64,000 bases of DNA, taken from assembly GCA_964398505.1 (NCBI GenBank), contig CAYNMZ010000001.1, forward strand, positions 394-64,393, given 5' to 3'. The notes under the pieces are model-generated. The model ran no database searches. It worked only from the letters and a program-made list of their open reading frames with translations, and was not told the DNA's origin. The translations under genes and the position numbers were made by a program. Position 1 is the stretch's first letter; every line of letters begins with the position of its first letter. Positions 43,683 to 53,927 of the stretch are shown here, one piece after another. The stretch comes from an uncultured Spirochaetia bacterium. Lineage in GTDB: Bacteria; Oederibacteriota; PGYV01; CAYNMZ01.

Positions 43683-44741
43683 TTAACCTGCGATTATAAG
43701 TCCGTCCGGGAGTTTTCCCAGTTTTTCCGGCCCTTTCGGGGTTATCAGGTAATCGTCCTCTATCCTGATGCCAAGCCTTCCTTCCATATATATGCCCGGC
43801 TCGCATGTGAATATCATGCCTTCCCGGAATTTCTTTTTCTGCCTTGAGTTCACATATGGCGGCTCATGGACCTCAATTCCCATGCCGTGGCCGAGCGAAT
43901 GGGTAAAGAGCCTGTCAAAACCGCCCTTCTTTTTAAGGCAAATCCTGGCAGCCAGGTCAGCTTCCCTGATAAAACAGCCGTTTTTATAGGCTTTTACAGC
44001 TTCGGATTTGGCTTCCTGCACGGTTTTATAATGTTTTTGCACTTCCTTAAAGCGAGCTCCTATTATACCGAAGCTGACACACCTTGTCAAGTCAGAACAG
44101 TAGCCTTTGTGTCTGACTCCCGCGTCAATCAATATGAAGCCCGGTTTTGCCAGTTTTATACCGGAAGTTTTATGGTGCGGAACAGCCGAACCTGAGTCAA
44201 AAGCGACGATCGGGCTGAAGGAAACGCTGTCTGCCCCGTGCTTGCGCGCGAAATACTCAAATTCAAGGCTTAAGTCCTTTTCTGAAATGCCGGGCCTTAA
44301 AACAGAAACCGCGTGCATCAGGGACAGTTCATTGATTTCAACAGCCTTCCTGATAAGGCTTATTTCATCGCTGTCCTTTATGGCGCGCATTTCAGCAAGT
44401 TCGGAGCTTATGGAAATTCCCGCGAATTCCCTTATTGAAAGGTATTCCTTCAGCGATGTTGAAGCGGGTAAAAGCGCCTTGCGCCGCGCTGAAGTGATTT
44501 TTTTGAGGTCTTTCATCAGGTTTTTTGTTATGACAACGCAAAAAGACGAAGGTATTGGGGATTTTTCAACTTCCTCCCTGTATCTTGAGTCTGTTATGAA
44601 GAAGCTCTCCTTTTGCGTGACCGCTATCCTGGCGAAAGTCCCGGAAAATCCGGAAAGATAGAAAATATCCGCAGGATTTGAAACGAAAAAGAACTCAGCC
44701 GGATTGACGCGCGCGCTGAGACGCGATATCCTGTCCTTCAT
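43683..44741 (-). CDS. Xaa-Pro aminopeptidase / M24 family peptidase (YqhT-like)
   Basis: 352 aa; metal-ligand motifs HSLGHGMGIEVHE, EPGIY..., IRIEDD; precedes efp as in B. subtilis. Confidence 0.85.
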   Translation of the reverse strand: MKDRISRLSARVNPAEFFFVSNPADIFYLSGFSGTFARIAVTQKESFFITDSRYREEVEKSPIPSSFCVVITKNLMKDLKKITSARRKALLPASTSLKEYLSIREFAGISISSELAEMRAIKDSDEISLIRKAVEINELSLMHAVSVLRPGISEKDLSLEFEYFARKHGADSVSFSPIVAFDSGSAVPHHKTSGIKLAKPGFILIDAGVRHKGYCSDLTRCVSFGIIGARFKEVQKHYKTVQEAKSEAVKAYKNGCFIREADLAARICLKKKGGFDRLFTHSLGHGMGIEVHEPPYVNSRQKKKFREGMIFTCEPGIYMEGRLGIRIEDDYLITPKGPEKLGKLPDGLIIAG

Positions 44742-45352
44742 TTTGTGATTATGGCCAGGTTGTATTCAAGGAAAGGCCGGTAAAGTGGGATTTTTTCCGC
44801 CATGTTCATGATTGTTTCGCCAAAGTCCGTGACTGCCTTGCTCTTGAAAGGAAGGCAGCGCGCTGAGAAATGTTTTATCTCAAAACTTGCGCCAGCCGAC
44901 TCAATAAGCTTCTTGAAACGTTTCTGGCTGAAATGCTGGTGGTTCTGTATGAGCACCATGTTCAGGTACATGGGCGGGTTGTACCTGTTGCATTCAAGGG
45001 CGATCACCCTTTTTTTTGACACGCGCACCATTTCAGAGAGGGCCTTTTCAGGGTTCTGCACATGGTGGAGCATGTTTTGCTCAATCACAGTGTCAAAGGA
45101 ATTGTCGGGAAATTTCAGGTCCTCGGCGCCGCAGACCGAAAATACAAGTTTTTCCGAGGCGCGCTCCTTCCACAGAGGGTCCTCGCAAATGTCGCAGGCG
45201 TGAATTTTCTTGAAGTACGCGGACAGCAGGACATCGTCCTCGCCGTGGCCGCATCCGGAGTCAAGCAGCGTCTCTCCGTGCAGGTAGGGTATGACCCTGC
45301 TGAAAACGCGCTCCTTAAAGCGCAGGACATTGTAAGGCAGGTTAAGCGTCAT
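44738..45352 (-). CDS. Class I SAM-dependent methyltransferase
   Basis: 204 aa; motif I LDSGCGHGED, acidic D after beta-2 (ACDI). Confidence 0.7.
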   Translation of the reverse strand: MTLNLPYNVLRFKERVFSRVIPYLHGETLLDSGCGHGEDDVLLSAYFKKIHACDICEDPLWKERASEKLVFSVCGAEDLKFPDNSFDTVIEQNMLHHVQNPEKALSEMVRVSKKRVIALECNRYNPPMYLNMVLIQNHQHFSQKRFKKLIESAGASFEIKHFSARCLPFKSKAVTDFGETIMNMAEKIPLYRPFLEYNLAIITK

Positions 45353-46370
45353 ATTTTTTCAGGCCCGCTATAACTTCTTTTAACTCGGGGACATCAAAGA
45401 ATTTCCTGCCGGTTATGCCGTTTGTGACTGCCAAATACATGTCAGACAGCAGTTTTTTCATTTCAGGAGGAAGGTTTGGCGGCTGGTTTTTGACTGATTT
45501 TTTCCAGTCGCTGCCGTTTTCTTTCTTTGCCTTTTCTATTTCTTCGTACCAGGCGGTTTTCCTGTACCAGCGCCGCGCGAATTCCTTGCTTATATGAAAA
45601 TCTCCGTACATGAACCTGCACTCGTCAGGAGTGCCCAGCACGTCTATCACGATTATTTCGCCGGATGTGTCTATGCCGAACTCAAACTTTCCGTCCACGT
45701 TTGTTATCCCCGCGGATTCGCACACGCCGGTTATTATACTGTTTATCCTGAGTATCAAGTCTTTAACCTTTGATATATCGCTGTCAGAAAGACCGGATAT
45801 TTCCTGGGCTTCTTTCCAGTCTATGTACCTGTCGGTATGTTCAAGCTTTGTTGAGACATCAAGCACCGGGATTTTAAGTTTTTCCCCGGGAACGGGCATA
45901 TGGTCAAGGCCGAGGGACTGATAAGTCGCAGAGCCGCTGCTTATCCTCTTGAAAACGCTGGACCCTTCGGGCAGGCTGTTCCTGTAAATTACTTCCAGAG
46001 GGATAAGGTAGTTTTTCTGCTTTTTTTTGTATTCCGAATAGTCGTATTTGTTTGATGACTTGTCATAAGGCGGTTTTATTACACGCAGGACCTTTACGCG
46101 CATCTTATTTGAATAAGATTTTAGGTCATGGAATTTTTTGGGAACGCCATTTTCCATAAGGCCCAAAAAGTGCGTTTTAATACCGTTTTTTTCAAGAAGA
46201 TGGAAGAAATATGAGGAAAGTGTGCACAGGGCAGCGCCCTTTTTGTCTATATGGTCCGGCATTTCACCCCAGTCAAACACGGAATAGCGGTCTGAAAAAA
46301 TAAATTCACCCTCGCCTTCCCTGTCATCGGCGGCCGGCCTTAGGATCTCAACTTCCTTTACGCTTCCCAT
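45342..46370 (-). CDS. purC: Phosphoribosylaminoimidazole-succinocarboxamide synthase (long form)
   Basis: Conserved SAICAR synthetase blocks (FSDRYSVFDW; IPLEVIYRN; NVDGKFEFG) with a roughly 100-aa C-terminal extension. Confidence 0.8.
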   Translation of the reverse strand: MGSVKEVEILRPAADDREGEGEFIFSDRYSVFDWGEMPDHIDKKGAALCTLSSYFFHLLEKNGIKTHFLGLMENGVPKKFHDLKSYSNKMRVKVLRVIKPPYDKSSNKYDYSEYKKKQKNYLIPLEVIYRNSLPEGSSVFKRISSGSATYQSLGLDHMPVPGEKLKIPVLDVSTKLEHTDRYIDWKEAQEISGLSDSDISKVKDLILRINSIITGVCESAGITNVDGKFEFGIDTSGEIIVIDVLGTPDECRFMYGDFHISKEFARRWYRKTAWYEEIEKAKKENGSDWKKSVKNQPPNLPPEMKKLLSDMYLAVTNGITGRKFFDVPELKEVIAGLKKYDA

Positions 46371-46443
46371 CTTTACACGCTCCTTGTTTGGCGGTTTAAG
46401 ACCGTGTTATTTTAACAAAAGGGCGTGATTTCGACAAGCCCGA

Positions 46444-47013
46444 CTATTTGGACTTTTTTTGAGTCTTTTTCGCAGGCAAAAGGGAGTCAACCGCGCTTAA
46501 AACGCTTTCAACCTGTTTTTTTTCGGCAGTTTTCCCAGAAAGAGAAAGCCTGATTGCGCCTTTTTGGTCCAGGACATAGGCGTATATAAGGGAATCGTCA
46601 TGCGCAGAAAGTTCCTTTTTATAAAGGTCCTTGTTCCCGAAAAAAACAAGCAGATGTTCCTTCATTTCCGGCACTGCGCTGCCTTTCATGCCGTTGAATA
46701 TTATACCGTTTAAAAAGCCTATGTCGCCCACAAGGGCCACTGAATAATGCGCGGTAAGGGTGTTTGAGCCGTATTTTTCCTTGAAAGGCCTCACCCAGGT
46801 TTCCATGTCGCTGTCAGGGGGCCTTTTATACGTGAGTATAATATAGGAGACACGCGAGGTTTTTGTGACATCATATGGCAAAATGACCAGGCTGTCGTCA
46901 AGCTTTTGAGCCGTAAGCTGTGGGAAAAACATGCTTCCGGCTGCTGCGTCGCTGCCGGCTGAAACGCAGAATGGAAAAAGCAGGGCAAACGCGGCAATGT
47001 GCAGTATTTTCAT
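46444..47013 (-). CDS. Secreted hypothetical protein
   Basis: 189 aa; signal peptide MKILHIAAFALLFPFCVSAGS. Confidence 0.4.
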   Translation of the reverse strand: MKILHIAAFALLFPFCVSAGSDAAAGSMFFPQLTAQKLDDSLVILPYDVTKTSRVSYIILTYKRPPDSDMETWVRPFKEKYGSNTLTAHYSVALVGDIGFLNGIIFNGMKGSAVPEMKEHLLVFFGNKDLYKKELSAHDDSLIYAYVLDQKGAIRLSLSGKTAEKKQVESVLSAVDSLLPAKKTQKKSK

Positions 47014-47798
47014 TCGCCGAACATGCCTTTCATCATGTCTTTCATTATTTTTTGGCCTGCTTCCCCGTCAGAACCGTCATCGGATCCTTCAGCTTCGTCT
47101 TCATCTTCAGGCTGCTTTTGCGTCTTTTTTACCGTGTTTTTTGGGGAAGCTGCCTTCGTGTCCTTCATCATTTTCATCACATTTCCGGTCATTTTGTCCA
47201 TGTCCATGAATTTTACGCCATTTTCAGGCGAGAATTTTGAGGAAGGTATGGAAGCGTTTATTTTAAGGCCGCTTGTTTCAACAGTGGTGGTTATATTATC
47301 CATTTTTGACACAGTCTTGATTACAAAACCGGACTTGTCCCTGAATTCGGTGATTTTTACGTTGCTGTTGCCGATTTTACAGCTGTATTCATATTTGTCG
47401 CAGACTACGCCGCCGACTTTTTCCGAACCTGTTTTCTTGGCGCTTTCCCTGCACTTTGCCTGCTCGCTTTCCACAGCAGCCGGGTTTCCAGCGGACTTCA
47501 GCGAGTATTTCATTCCCTGCTTTTTTACGGGATTGTAGGAATACATGTATTCTGAGTCTATTATGGTTACCTGAGGCTCCTTTTCGCCTGTGGCGCGGTT
47601 CACGAAATCGCCTTCAGTGCGCATTTTTTTGTTGCTGTAAAAGACAGACTGCTCAAAAGTGAACTTTTCATCAGGCCCGTCGACAGTGGTTTTTGACTTC
47701 CATTGCGCGCTTTTGTAGGGTATGTGGCCGAACATATCGGCGCCAAAAGCCGGCAGGCACAGACAAAGGGCAAAAAACAAAGCAAACAGTTTTTTCAT
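47010..47798 (-). CDS. Secreted hypothetical protein with acidic Gly/Asp-rich C-terminus
   Basis: 262 aa; signal peptide MKKLFALFFALCLCLPAFG; overlaps the downstream gene by 4 nt. Confidence 0.45.
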   Translation of the reverse strand: MKKLFALFFALCLCLPAFGADMFGHIPYKSAQWKSKTTVDGPDEKFTFEQSVFYSNKKMRTEGDFVNRATGEKEPQVTIIDSEYMYSYNPVKKQGMKYSLKSAGNPAAVESEQAKCRESAKKTGSEKVGGVVCDKYEYSCKIGNSNVKITEFRDKSGFVIKTVSKMDNITTTVETSGLKINASIPSSKFSPENGVKFMDMDKMTGNVMKMMKDTKAASPKNTVKKTQKQPEDEDEAEGSDDGSDGEAGQKIMKDMMKGMFGE

Positions 47799-47883
47799 GA
47801 AAACCTCCCCGGATAATATTTTATTTATTTTAACGCTTCAAAGCATGCGGTGTCAACCGTGGAATTTATGATATAATCGGGCC

Positions 47884-48912
47884 ATGAAAAAAATTTATGA
47901 CCTTTCATATTATGATTACGAGGTTCCTGAAGCGCTTATAGCGCAGCGTCCGCTTTCTGAGCGGGACGCATGCAGGCTTTTGGTGCTTGAAAGGAAAACA
48001 GGAAGGATGACCCACGATTTCTTTTATAACATAGGCGGATATATGGCGGCCGGCGACTGCCTTGTGCTAAATGACACCAGGGTAATACCTGCCAGGCTTT
48101 ATGGAAAAACAGAAACAGGGGCAAAAATTGAGATACTGATACTCGGAAGAAAAGAAGGAAGCATATGGGAAGTCATGATGAAGAACTCGAGAAGGGCCGC
48201 TGAAAACTGCGAGGTGTTTTTTGACAATGACATAAGGATGACAGTGTTGTCCAAGAAAGGAAAGACAGCGGAAGTGTCATTTAACATGGATGAAAGCTTG
48301 CTCCTGAAAACCCTGAGGCAAAACGGCATAATTCCGCTGCCTCCCTATATAAAAGAGAACGCTCTTGACGCAAGCCACCGTGATTCATACCAGACGGTTT
48401 ACGCGTCAAATGAAGGAGCGAAAGCAGCGCCTACAGCCGGACTTCATTTTACGGCCAGGCTTCTGCGTTCGCTTGAAAACGCCGGCGTGAGAAAGGCTTT
48501 TGTGACGCTTCACGTGGGAATGGGCACTTTTGAGCCGGTGGTTGAGGCTGACATAAGGAAACACAATATGCATACCGAGGAATACACAGTAACCCAGGAA
48601 GCTGCAGGTATCATAAATTCCTGCAAAGGCAGGAAAATTGCCTGCGGCACAACCTCGCTGCGTGTCCTGGAATCATCTGTAAAGGCCGGCAAGATCGTTC
48701 CGGGTTCAGGCAGGACAGGTATTTATATTTACCCGGGATACAGTTTCGCGGCAACAGACGGCCTTATAACAAACTTTCATCTGCCAAAAACAACCCTGCT
48801 CGCGCTTGTTTACGCTTTTGCCGGAGAAAAAAACGCGAAAAAGGCTTATGATGAGGCGATAAGGAAAAAATACAGGCTTTTCTCATACGGCGATGCGATG
48901 CTGATAATATAG
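47884..48912 (+). CDS. queA: S-adenosylmethionine:tRNA ribosyltransferase-isomerase
   Basis: 342 aa; YDYEVPEALIAQRPL...RLLVL... canonical QueA. Confidence 0.9.
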   Translation: MKKIYDLSYYDYEVPEALIAQRPLSERDACRLLVLERKTGRMTHDFFYNIGGYMAAGDCLVLNDTRVIPARLYGKTETGAKIEILILGRKEGSIWEVMMKNSRRAAENCEVFFDNDIRMTVLSKKGKTAEVSFNMDESLLLKTLRQNGIIPLPPYIKENALDASHRDSYQTVYASNEGAKAAPTAGLHFTARLLRSLENAGVRKAFVTLHVGMGTFEPVVEADIRKHNMHTEEYTVTQEAAGIINSCKGRKIACGTTSLRVLESSVKAGKIVPGSGRTGIYIYPGYSFAATDGLITNFHLPKTTLLALVYAFAGEKNAKKAYDEAIRKKYRLFSYGDAMLII

Positions 48913-49018
48913 AAAAAAGCGGAATAAACAGCAGGGATAATGACTGTAAGCCAATAATATATTGACTTTAACAAAAAAAACCCTTAAAATTAAACAAATA
49001 TCATAAAATGAGGTAAAA

Positions 49019-50098
49019 ATGGGAGCAAAGCGCCTTAAAGCGGTTACGCTTTCCTTATTATTAATGCTTGTGTTATTGCCCTGCCTTTTCAGCCAGGAGG
49101 AAACCCAGGAAGCTGTTTATAAAAAGGCCATATACTATGTAATGATGGACAGCAAATCAGGCTATCAGATAGGAATAATGGACGATAATGGCAGGAACAA
49201 GAGAATTTTAACAGGAGAAGGAAACAACTGGTGCCCGTCTGTTTCGCCCCAGGGCGACAGGGTGGCTTTTTATTCTGACCGCAGCGGGTATGCCAACCTT
49301 TACATAATGTACGCGAACGGGGCGGGACAAAAACCGCTCACGCATGACTCTGAAAACATAACCGACATGGACCTTTTTAACCGCGGCCAGATTGCCTGGG
49401 AAAAGGAAGGCGAAGAGATATATTTCCTTAAAAAAGGCGATGTCTGGAAGGTATACCCGAACGGTGACAACCCTACGGCGCTCACAACAACTCACGGTAT
49501 AAACATGTTCCGCCTGAGCCCTGACGGTAACAGGATAGTGTTCTCAAGGGAATACACAAAAAAGCACTGCGGAATGTGGTCAATGCAGGCAAAAGGGACT
49601 TCCCTCCGCCAGATAGTTGCGAGCGAGATTATAAGCCCGGCTTTTGACTGGGGCGATGACAATGTATTCGCCTATTTCCACAACCGCGGCATTTTTTCAA
49701 TGACTTATGTTGGCGTGGAAAAGAAATTCATAACGGACAATTATTACCCTGACAATGACATAGCATGGGCAAAAAGCTCACCTGACAGGCGTTCAAACCT
49801 TATCGCCTTTATTTCTGCCGAGAACAACGGACCCAATATATGGCTCATGAAACATGACGGCACAGAAAAAAGGCAGCTTACTGACAGGGGCGGATTCTCG
49901 CCTTATTGGCTTCCTGACGGAACATCGCTCTTATATGTCGAGCAAAACGACATTTACAGGATAAACAGCGCTTCAGGCGAAAAGGCGCGTCTTACATACT
50001 TTTTCAAATCGTATTACCCTGTTTACGCGGAGATAAAACTCGCAGCGCAGCAGCAGACTGCGCAAAAGGACGGAGAAAAAGATGCGGCTAAAAAATAG
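49019..50098 (+). CDS. Periplasmic TolB-like beta-propeller protein
   Basis: Signal peptide; repeated WD40-like 'PSVSPQGDRVAFYSDRSGYANLYIM', 'RLSPDGNRIVFS' blades. Confidence 0.65.
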   Translation: MGAKRLKAVTLSLLLMLVLLPCLFSQEETQEAVYKKAIYYVMMDSKSGYQIGIMDDNGRNKRILTGEGNNWCPSVSPQGDRVAFYSDRSGYANLYIMYANGAGQKPLTHDSENITDMDLFNRGQIAWEKEGEEIYFLKKGDVWKVYPNGDNPTALTTTHGINMFRLSPDGNRIVFSREYTKKHCGMWSMQAKGTSLRQIVASEIISPAFDWGDDNVFAYFHNRGIFSMTYVGVEKKFITDNYYPDNDIAWAKSSPDRRSNLIAFISAENNGPNIWLMKHDGTEKRQLTDRGGFSPYWLPDGTSLLYVEQNDIYRINSASGEKARLTYFFKSYYPVYAEIKLAAQQQTAQKDGEKDAAKK

Positions 50099-51716
50099 CC
50101 TGATAGCGATAATAGCCGTATTTATTGTGTTTTTCTCGCTTTTTTACTCCACGGGCTGCAGGAAAAAAAGAGTTGTCGCTGTTCCGACCCCGACCCCGAC
50201 AAATACTCCTGTTCCAAGCATGGAAAAGATAGTGTATACATATAACGGCGTAATGTTCTGGATGAATACCGACGGCAGCGGAAAGGAAATGCTTTTTGGC
50301 AGCGCGAACAGCAAATGGTACCCGAAAGCCGCTCCTGACGGGTGGCGGATAATTTTTTGGGCGCAATCAGGAGGGTATTACAACTTATGGCACGCTGATT
50401 TAAAAACCAGAAAGGCCTCACAGATAACTTTTGACGAGGATTTGCTTGAGGGTGACATACAGAACTTCAGGATCAGCAACGCGGTTTCGTGGTCACAGGA
50501 CTCGTCCTTTGTGGTTTATTCCAGGAACAGGGACATATGGAAGGTCACAAAGGAAGGCTTGAATCCCGAAGCCTTGACGGACACACATGACTGCATATCT
50601 CCCACCCTGTCAAAAAACAACAGGATACTTTACGCCAGGATTAACTCTGCTTTGGCGCATAACCTTTACGAAAAAGACATGTACACGATGAACGAGACAA
50701 AGCTTACGTCATACACTGACAGGATGGCAGGCTCCCCTGTTTATTCGCCGGACGGCAATTTTGTCCTTTACACGCTGTCGGACGCGGAGAACGTGGATAT
50801 ATACATCCTTGACGTAAGGAACAAAAAGGAAGAACAGCTTACTTTTGACGGAAAAAGCCATTCGCCGGAATTTTCAAAGGACGGCTCAAAAATAATCTAT
50901 TCAAGCAACATATCGGACAAATACCAGCCGGATATATGGATAATGAACAGGGACAAGAGCGAAAAGACAAAGCTCACAAAGGACGGCGGAGTATCTCCAT
51001 CATGGCTTTTCAGGATACTCTCAGAGCCGATGCCCACATTTACGCCCGTATTTGAACAGCCGGCCCGGCAGGAACAGGCTTTCATAGAAAAACCCCTTGA
51101 CGGCCAGGTTGCTGAAGAACAGCCTGTCCAGGAAGCTTTCACGCCGCCGGCGTCTACTCCTGAGGAGCTTTCGGTAAAACTGGTAAAGCAGGGCAACAAG
51201 CTTATGTTCTATCCGGTCATATATTTTGACGTGGGTGTGGCAAATATAAAACAGGAATTCTTCGGCGTACTTGACGATATGACTGTCATCATACAAAAAT
51301 ACAGCTCGCCTGTTGTGATAGAGGGGCATACGGACAATTCCCCGATAAACACAAAAAGATTCCCCAATAACAAGGTTTTGTCAGTAGCCAGGGGAAATGC
51401 GGTAAAAAAATACTTGATATCAAAGGGCGTGGCTGCTTCAAGGCTGAGCGTCTCGGGATTCGGCGAGGAGAGGCCTATAGCTCCAAACGACACGGCTGAA
51501 AATAAATACAGGAACAGGCGCGCCGAGATACACATAGCAATAATAGCGGCCGAGGAACAAATGGCAGAGGCCCAGGTCGCGGTACCCACGGTTGAGCCAA
51601 CACCCACCGCGGAGCCTGCTCCTGAGCCGACGGCTACACCGGTTCCTAAAAAGAAGAATTTTATTGAAAAACTTTTTGCGCCAAAAAAGAAAAAAACAAA
51701 GGCAGCTGCCTGGTAA
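50082..51716 (+). CDS. Lipoprotein: TolB-like beta-propeller fused to a Pal/OmpA-like peptidoglycan-binding domain, with PT-rich tail
   Basis: Lipobox YSTGC; propeller blades (PKAAPDGWRIIFW..., YSPDGNFVLYT...); OmpA_C motif VIEGHTDNSPI...NKVLSVARGNAVKKYL...NRRAEI; PTPTAEPAPEPTATP tail; overlaps upstream gene by 17 nt. Confidence 0.7.
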   Translation: MRLKNSLIAIIAVFIVFFSLFYSTGCRKKRVVAVPTPTPTNTPVPSMEKIVYTYNGVMFWMNTDGSGKEMLFGSANSKWYPKAAPDGWRIIFWAQSGGYYNLWHADLKTRKASQITFDEDLLEGDIQNFRISNAVSWSQDSSFVVYSRNRDIWKVTKEGLNPEALTDTHDCISPTLSKNNRILYARINSALAHNLYEKDMYTMNETKLTSYTDRMAGSPVYSPDGNFVLYTLSDAENVDIYILDVRNKKEEQLTFDGKSHSPEFSKDGSKIIYSSNISDKYQPDIWIMNRDKSEKTKLTKDGGVSPSWLFRILSEPMPTFTPVFEQPARQEQAFIEKPLDGQVAEEQPVQEAFTPPASTPEELSVKLVKQGNKLMFYPVIYFDVGVANIKQEFFGVLDDMTVIIQKYSSPVVIEGHTDNSPINTKRFPNNKVLSVARGNAVKKYLISKGVAASRLSVSGFGEERPIAPNDTAENKYRNRRAEIHIAIIAAEEQMAEAQVAVPTVEPTPTAEPAPEPTATPVPKKKNFIEKLFAPKKKKTKAAAW

Positions 51717-51782
51717 ATTGCGCACAGGCCTTTAAACAGCATAATCAGGCATTCTCAAACCGTCCATATTCCGGATAAACCG

Positions 51783-52862
51783 ATGGAAAAAACCAGGAAA
51801 ATAATACATATAGACATGGACGCGTTTTACGCGTCAGTCGAGCAAAGGGACGACCCTTCCCTGCGCGGAAAGCCTGTAATAGTGGGAGGAACGCCCGCGC
51901 AAAGGGGCGTTGTAGCCGCCTGTTCATATGAAGCGAGAAAATTCGGCATAAGGTCCGCAATGCCGTCAGCCACGGCTTTGAGACTTTGCCCGCAGGCGAT
52001 ATTGAAGGCACCGCGTTTTTCAGCTTATGAGCATGTGTCAAGGCAGATAAACAGGATATTCAGGCAATATACGGCGCTTGTTGAGCCTCTTTCACTTGAT
52101 GAGGCGTATCTTGACGTGACAGAAAACAATAAGAAGGAGACATCGGCAACACGGATAGCCGTAGAAATAAAAAAAAGGATATTTGAAAGGACTTCCCTTA
52201 CCGCCTCAGCCGGGGTTTCATACAACAAGTTTCTGGCCAAGACCGCATCAGGTTATAAAAAGCCGGATGGATTGACGGTTATTACGCCTGAGAAAGCGCA
52301 GGAGTTCATAGACAGGCTTGATATATCATCGTTTTACGGTGTGGGCCCGGCAACCGAAAAGAAGATGCGGCAGCTTGGCATAAACAGCGGCTCGGACTTA
52401 AGGCAGAAAAAAAGGATTTTTTTGCAGGAGCATTTCGGCAAGTCAGGAGATTTCTTCTATTTTTTGAGCAGGGGCATTGATGAAAGACCGGTTGAACCCG
52501 GTCAGGAAAGAAAGTCATACGGCAGGGAAAACACCTTTCCTTCGGACATAAGGGACAGGGGCGAAATTGTTAGACAACTCAAACTTATTTCAGATGAGCT
52601 TTCTGACTGGCAGCTCGCCAACAGGATATCCGCAAGGACAGTGACGCTGAAAGTCAAATACCACGATTTTGTTTCAATTACACGTTCATGCACACCCGGG
52701 TTCCCGGTTTCAGGAAAAGACGCTGTATATGAGCAAGTCTTAAAGCTACTGAAAAAAACACAAGCAGGCATAAAGCCAATAAGACTGCTCGGCATCAGTC
52801 TGTCAGGATTAAATGAAAATCAAAATTCCCCACATAAGGGGCAGATGAAACTTAATTTTTGA
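51783..52862 (+). CDS. dinB: DNA polymerase IV
   Basis: IIHIDMDAFYASVEQRDDP...GKPVIVGG canonical Y-family N-terminus; 359 aa. Confidence 0.9.
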   Translation: MEKTRKIIHIDMDAFYASVEQRDDPSLRGKPVIVGGTPAQRGVVAACSYEARKFGIRSAMPSATALRLCPQAILKAPRFSAYEHVSRQINRIFRQYTALVEPLSLDEAYLDVTENNKKETSATRIAVEIKKRIFERTSLTASAGVSYNKFLAKTASGYKKPDGLTVITPEKAQEFIDRLDISSFYGVGPATEKKMRQLGINSGSDLRQKKRIFLQEHFGKSGDFFYFLSRGIDERPVEPGQERKSYGRENTFPSDIRDRGEIVRQLKLISDELSDWQLANRISARTVTLKVKYHDFVSITRSCTPGFPVSGKDAVYEQVLKLLKKTQAGIKPIRLLGISLSGLNENQNSPHKGQMKLNF

Positions 52863-53141
52863 AAAGTTTCTACAGCCATCGGAAAAATCATGATTCAAAA
52901 ACAGTCAAAAACCCATAAGACGTTATGACATATCAGCTAGGGCTGCTGAAAAATTTTGCCGTGTATTTTGCGCACGCTTTTCATATCCGGAAAATAGAAT
53001 TTAACAGCATCCGGATTTTCCGCCAGCTGAACACGAGGGCAATTTTTGGAACATGCAGATAAGATTAAATAACCATAAAATTTTCGCAATCGTTTTTCAG
53101 ATATGTGTTGAATTTTTTTTTAAACCTGTGATAATTAAAGC

Positions 53142-53858
53142 ATGGAAAATGAAAACACTCTCATATCAGAAATAAAACAGCTGACTCAAATCAAGGAAGA
53201 AAATAAAATAAACAGAATTTTTCTTTTCATAAGCGAACTCAAGGAATGGAACAATAAATTTAACCTTACATCAATAACTGAAAACAGGCAAATAATAATA
53301 AGGCACATTATTGATTCCCTTGAAATATTAAAATGCGGTATTTTGCAGCAAGGAAATGAGATTATTGACCTTGGGACAGGCGCAGGATTGCCGGGAATAC
53401 CTTTGTCCATAATGGAGCCGGAAATAAAAGTATCGCTTGTAGAATCAAATAATAAAAAAGTTTTATTCCTGAATCACATAAAGGAAAAACTTGATCTAAA
53501 AAATATAAGCATAGTAAACGCAAGGGCTGAAATAATTTCTGCTGATAAAAAATACAGGGAAAGGTTTTACTCAGCATGCGCCAGAGCCTTAGCCCCATTC
53601 CCTGTAGCCCTGGAATCAGGCATAGCGCTCGTAAAAAGTGATGGATACATGTTTTTTTACATGAGCAAAAAGCAGAAGGATGAAATGAAGGAGAACATGA
53701 ATACAATGGAAGCATTGGGCTGCCAAATACATCAAATTCATGACTATTCCCTTCCATTATCCATGGGAGACTATTCAATAGTAATTGTTAAAAAGATGTG
53801 GAAAACAGACAAAAAATATCCAAGGCAGTATTCAAAAATAAGAAAAAACCCGTTATAA
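53142..53858 (+). CDS. rsmG: 16S rRNA (guanine527-N7)-methyltransferase RsmG/GidB
   Basis: 238 aa; IIDLGTGAGLPGIPL motif I, GidB-like overall. Confidence 0.85.
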   Translation: MENENTLISEIKQLTQIKEENKINRIFLFISELKEWNNKFNLTSITENRQIIIRHIIDSLEILKCGILQQGNEIIDLGTGAGLPGIPLSIMEPEIKVSLVESNNKKVLFLNHIKEKLDLKNISIVNARAEIISADKKYRERFYSACARALAPFPVALESGIALVKSDGYMFFYMSKKQKDEMKENMNTMEALGCQIHQIHDYSLPLSMGDYSIVIVKKMWKTDKKYPRQYSKIRKNPL

Positions 53859-53927
53859 TAAAAAAGGAAAGGCAATTTTACGCAGTAATAGCAGCAGGTT
53901 GACATGGAATATTGTTTGTGGATGCTG

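Noticed and set aside
43660-43806. 49-residue N-terminal extension of EF-P in the track ORF
   Set aside because: EF-P is about 185 aa. The internal ATG 43659 has an AAGGAGG RBS, and the extension is Arg/Gly-rich junk overlapping the upstream gene.
52863-53141. 280-bp gene-free gap between dinB and rsmG containing a CGGAAAAT/ATTTTCCG hairpin. Considered as a small RNA or tRNA.
   Set aside because: No tRNA-like T-arm (GGTTCGA) was found, and no conserved ncRNA motif that I can recognise by eye. Left unannotated.
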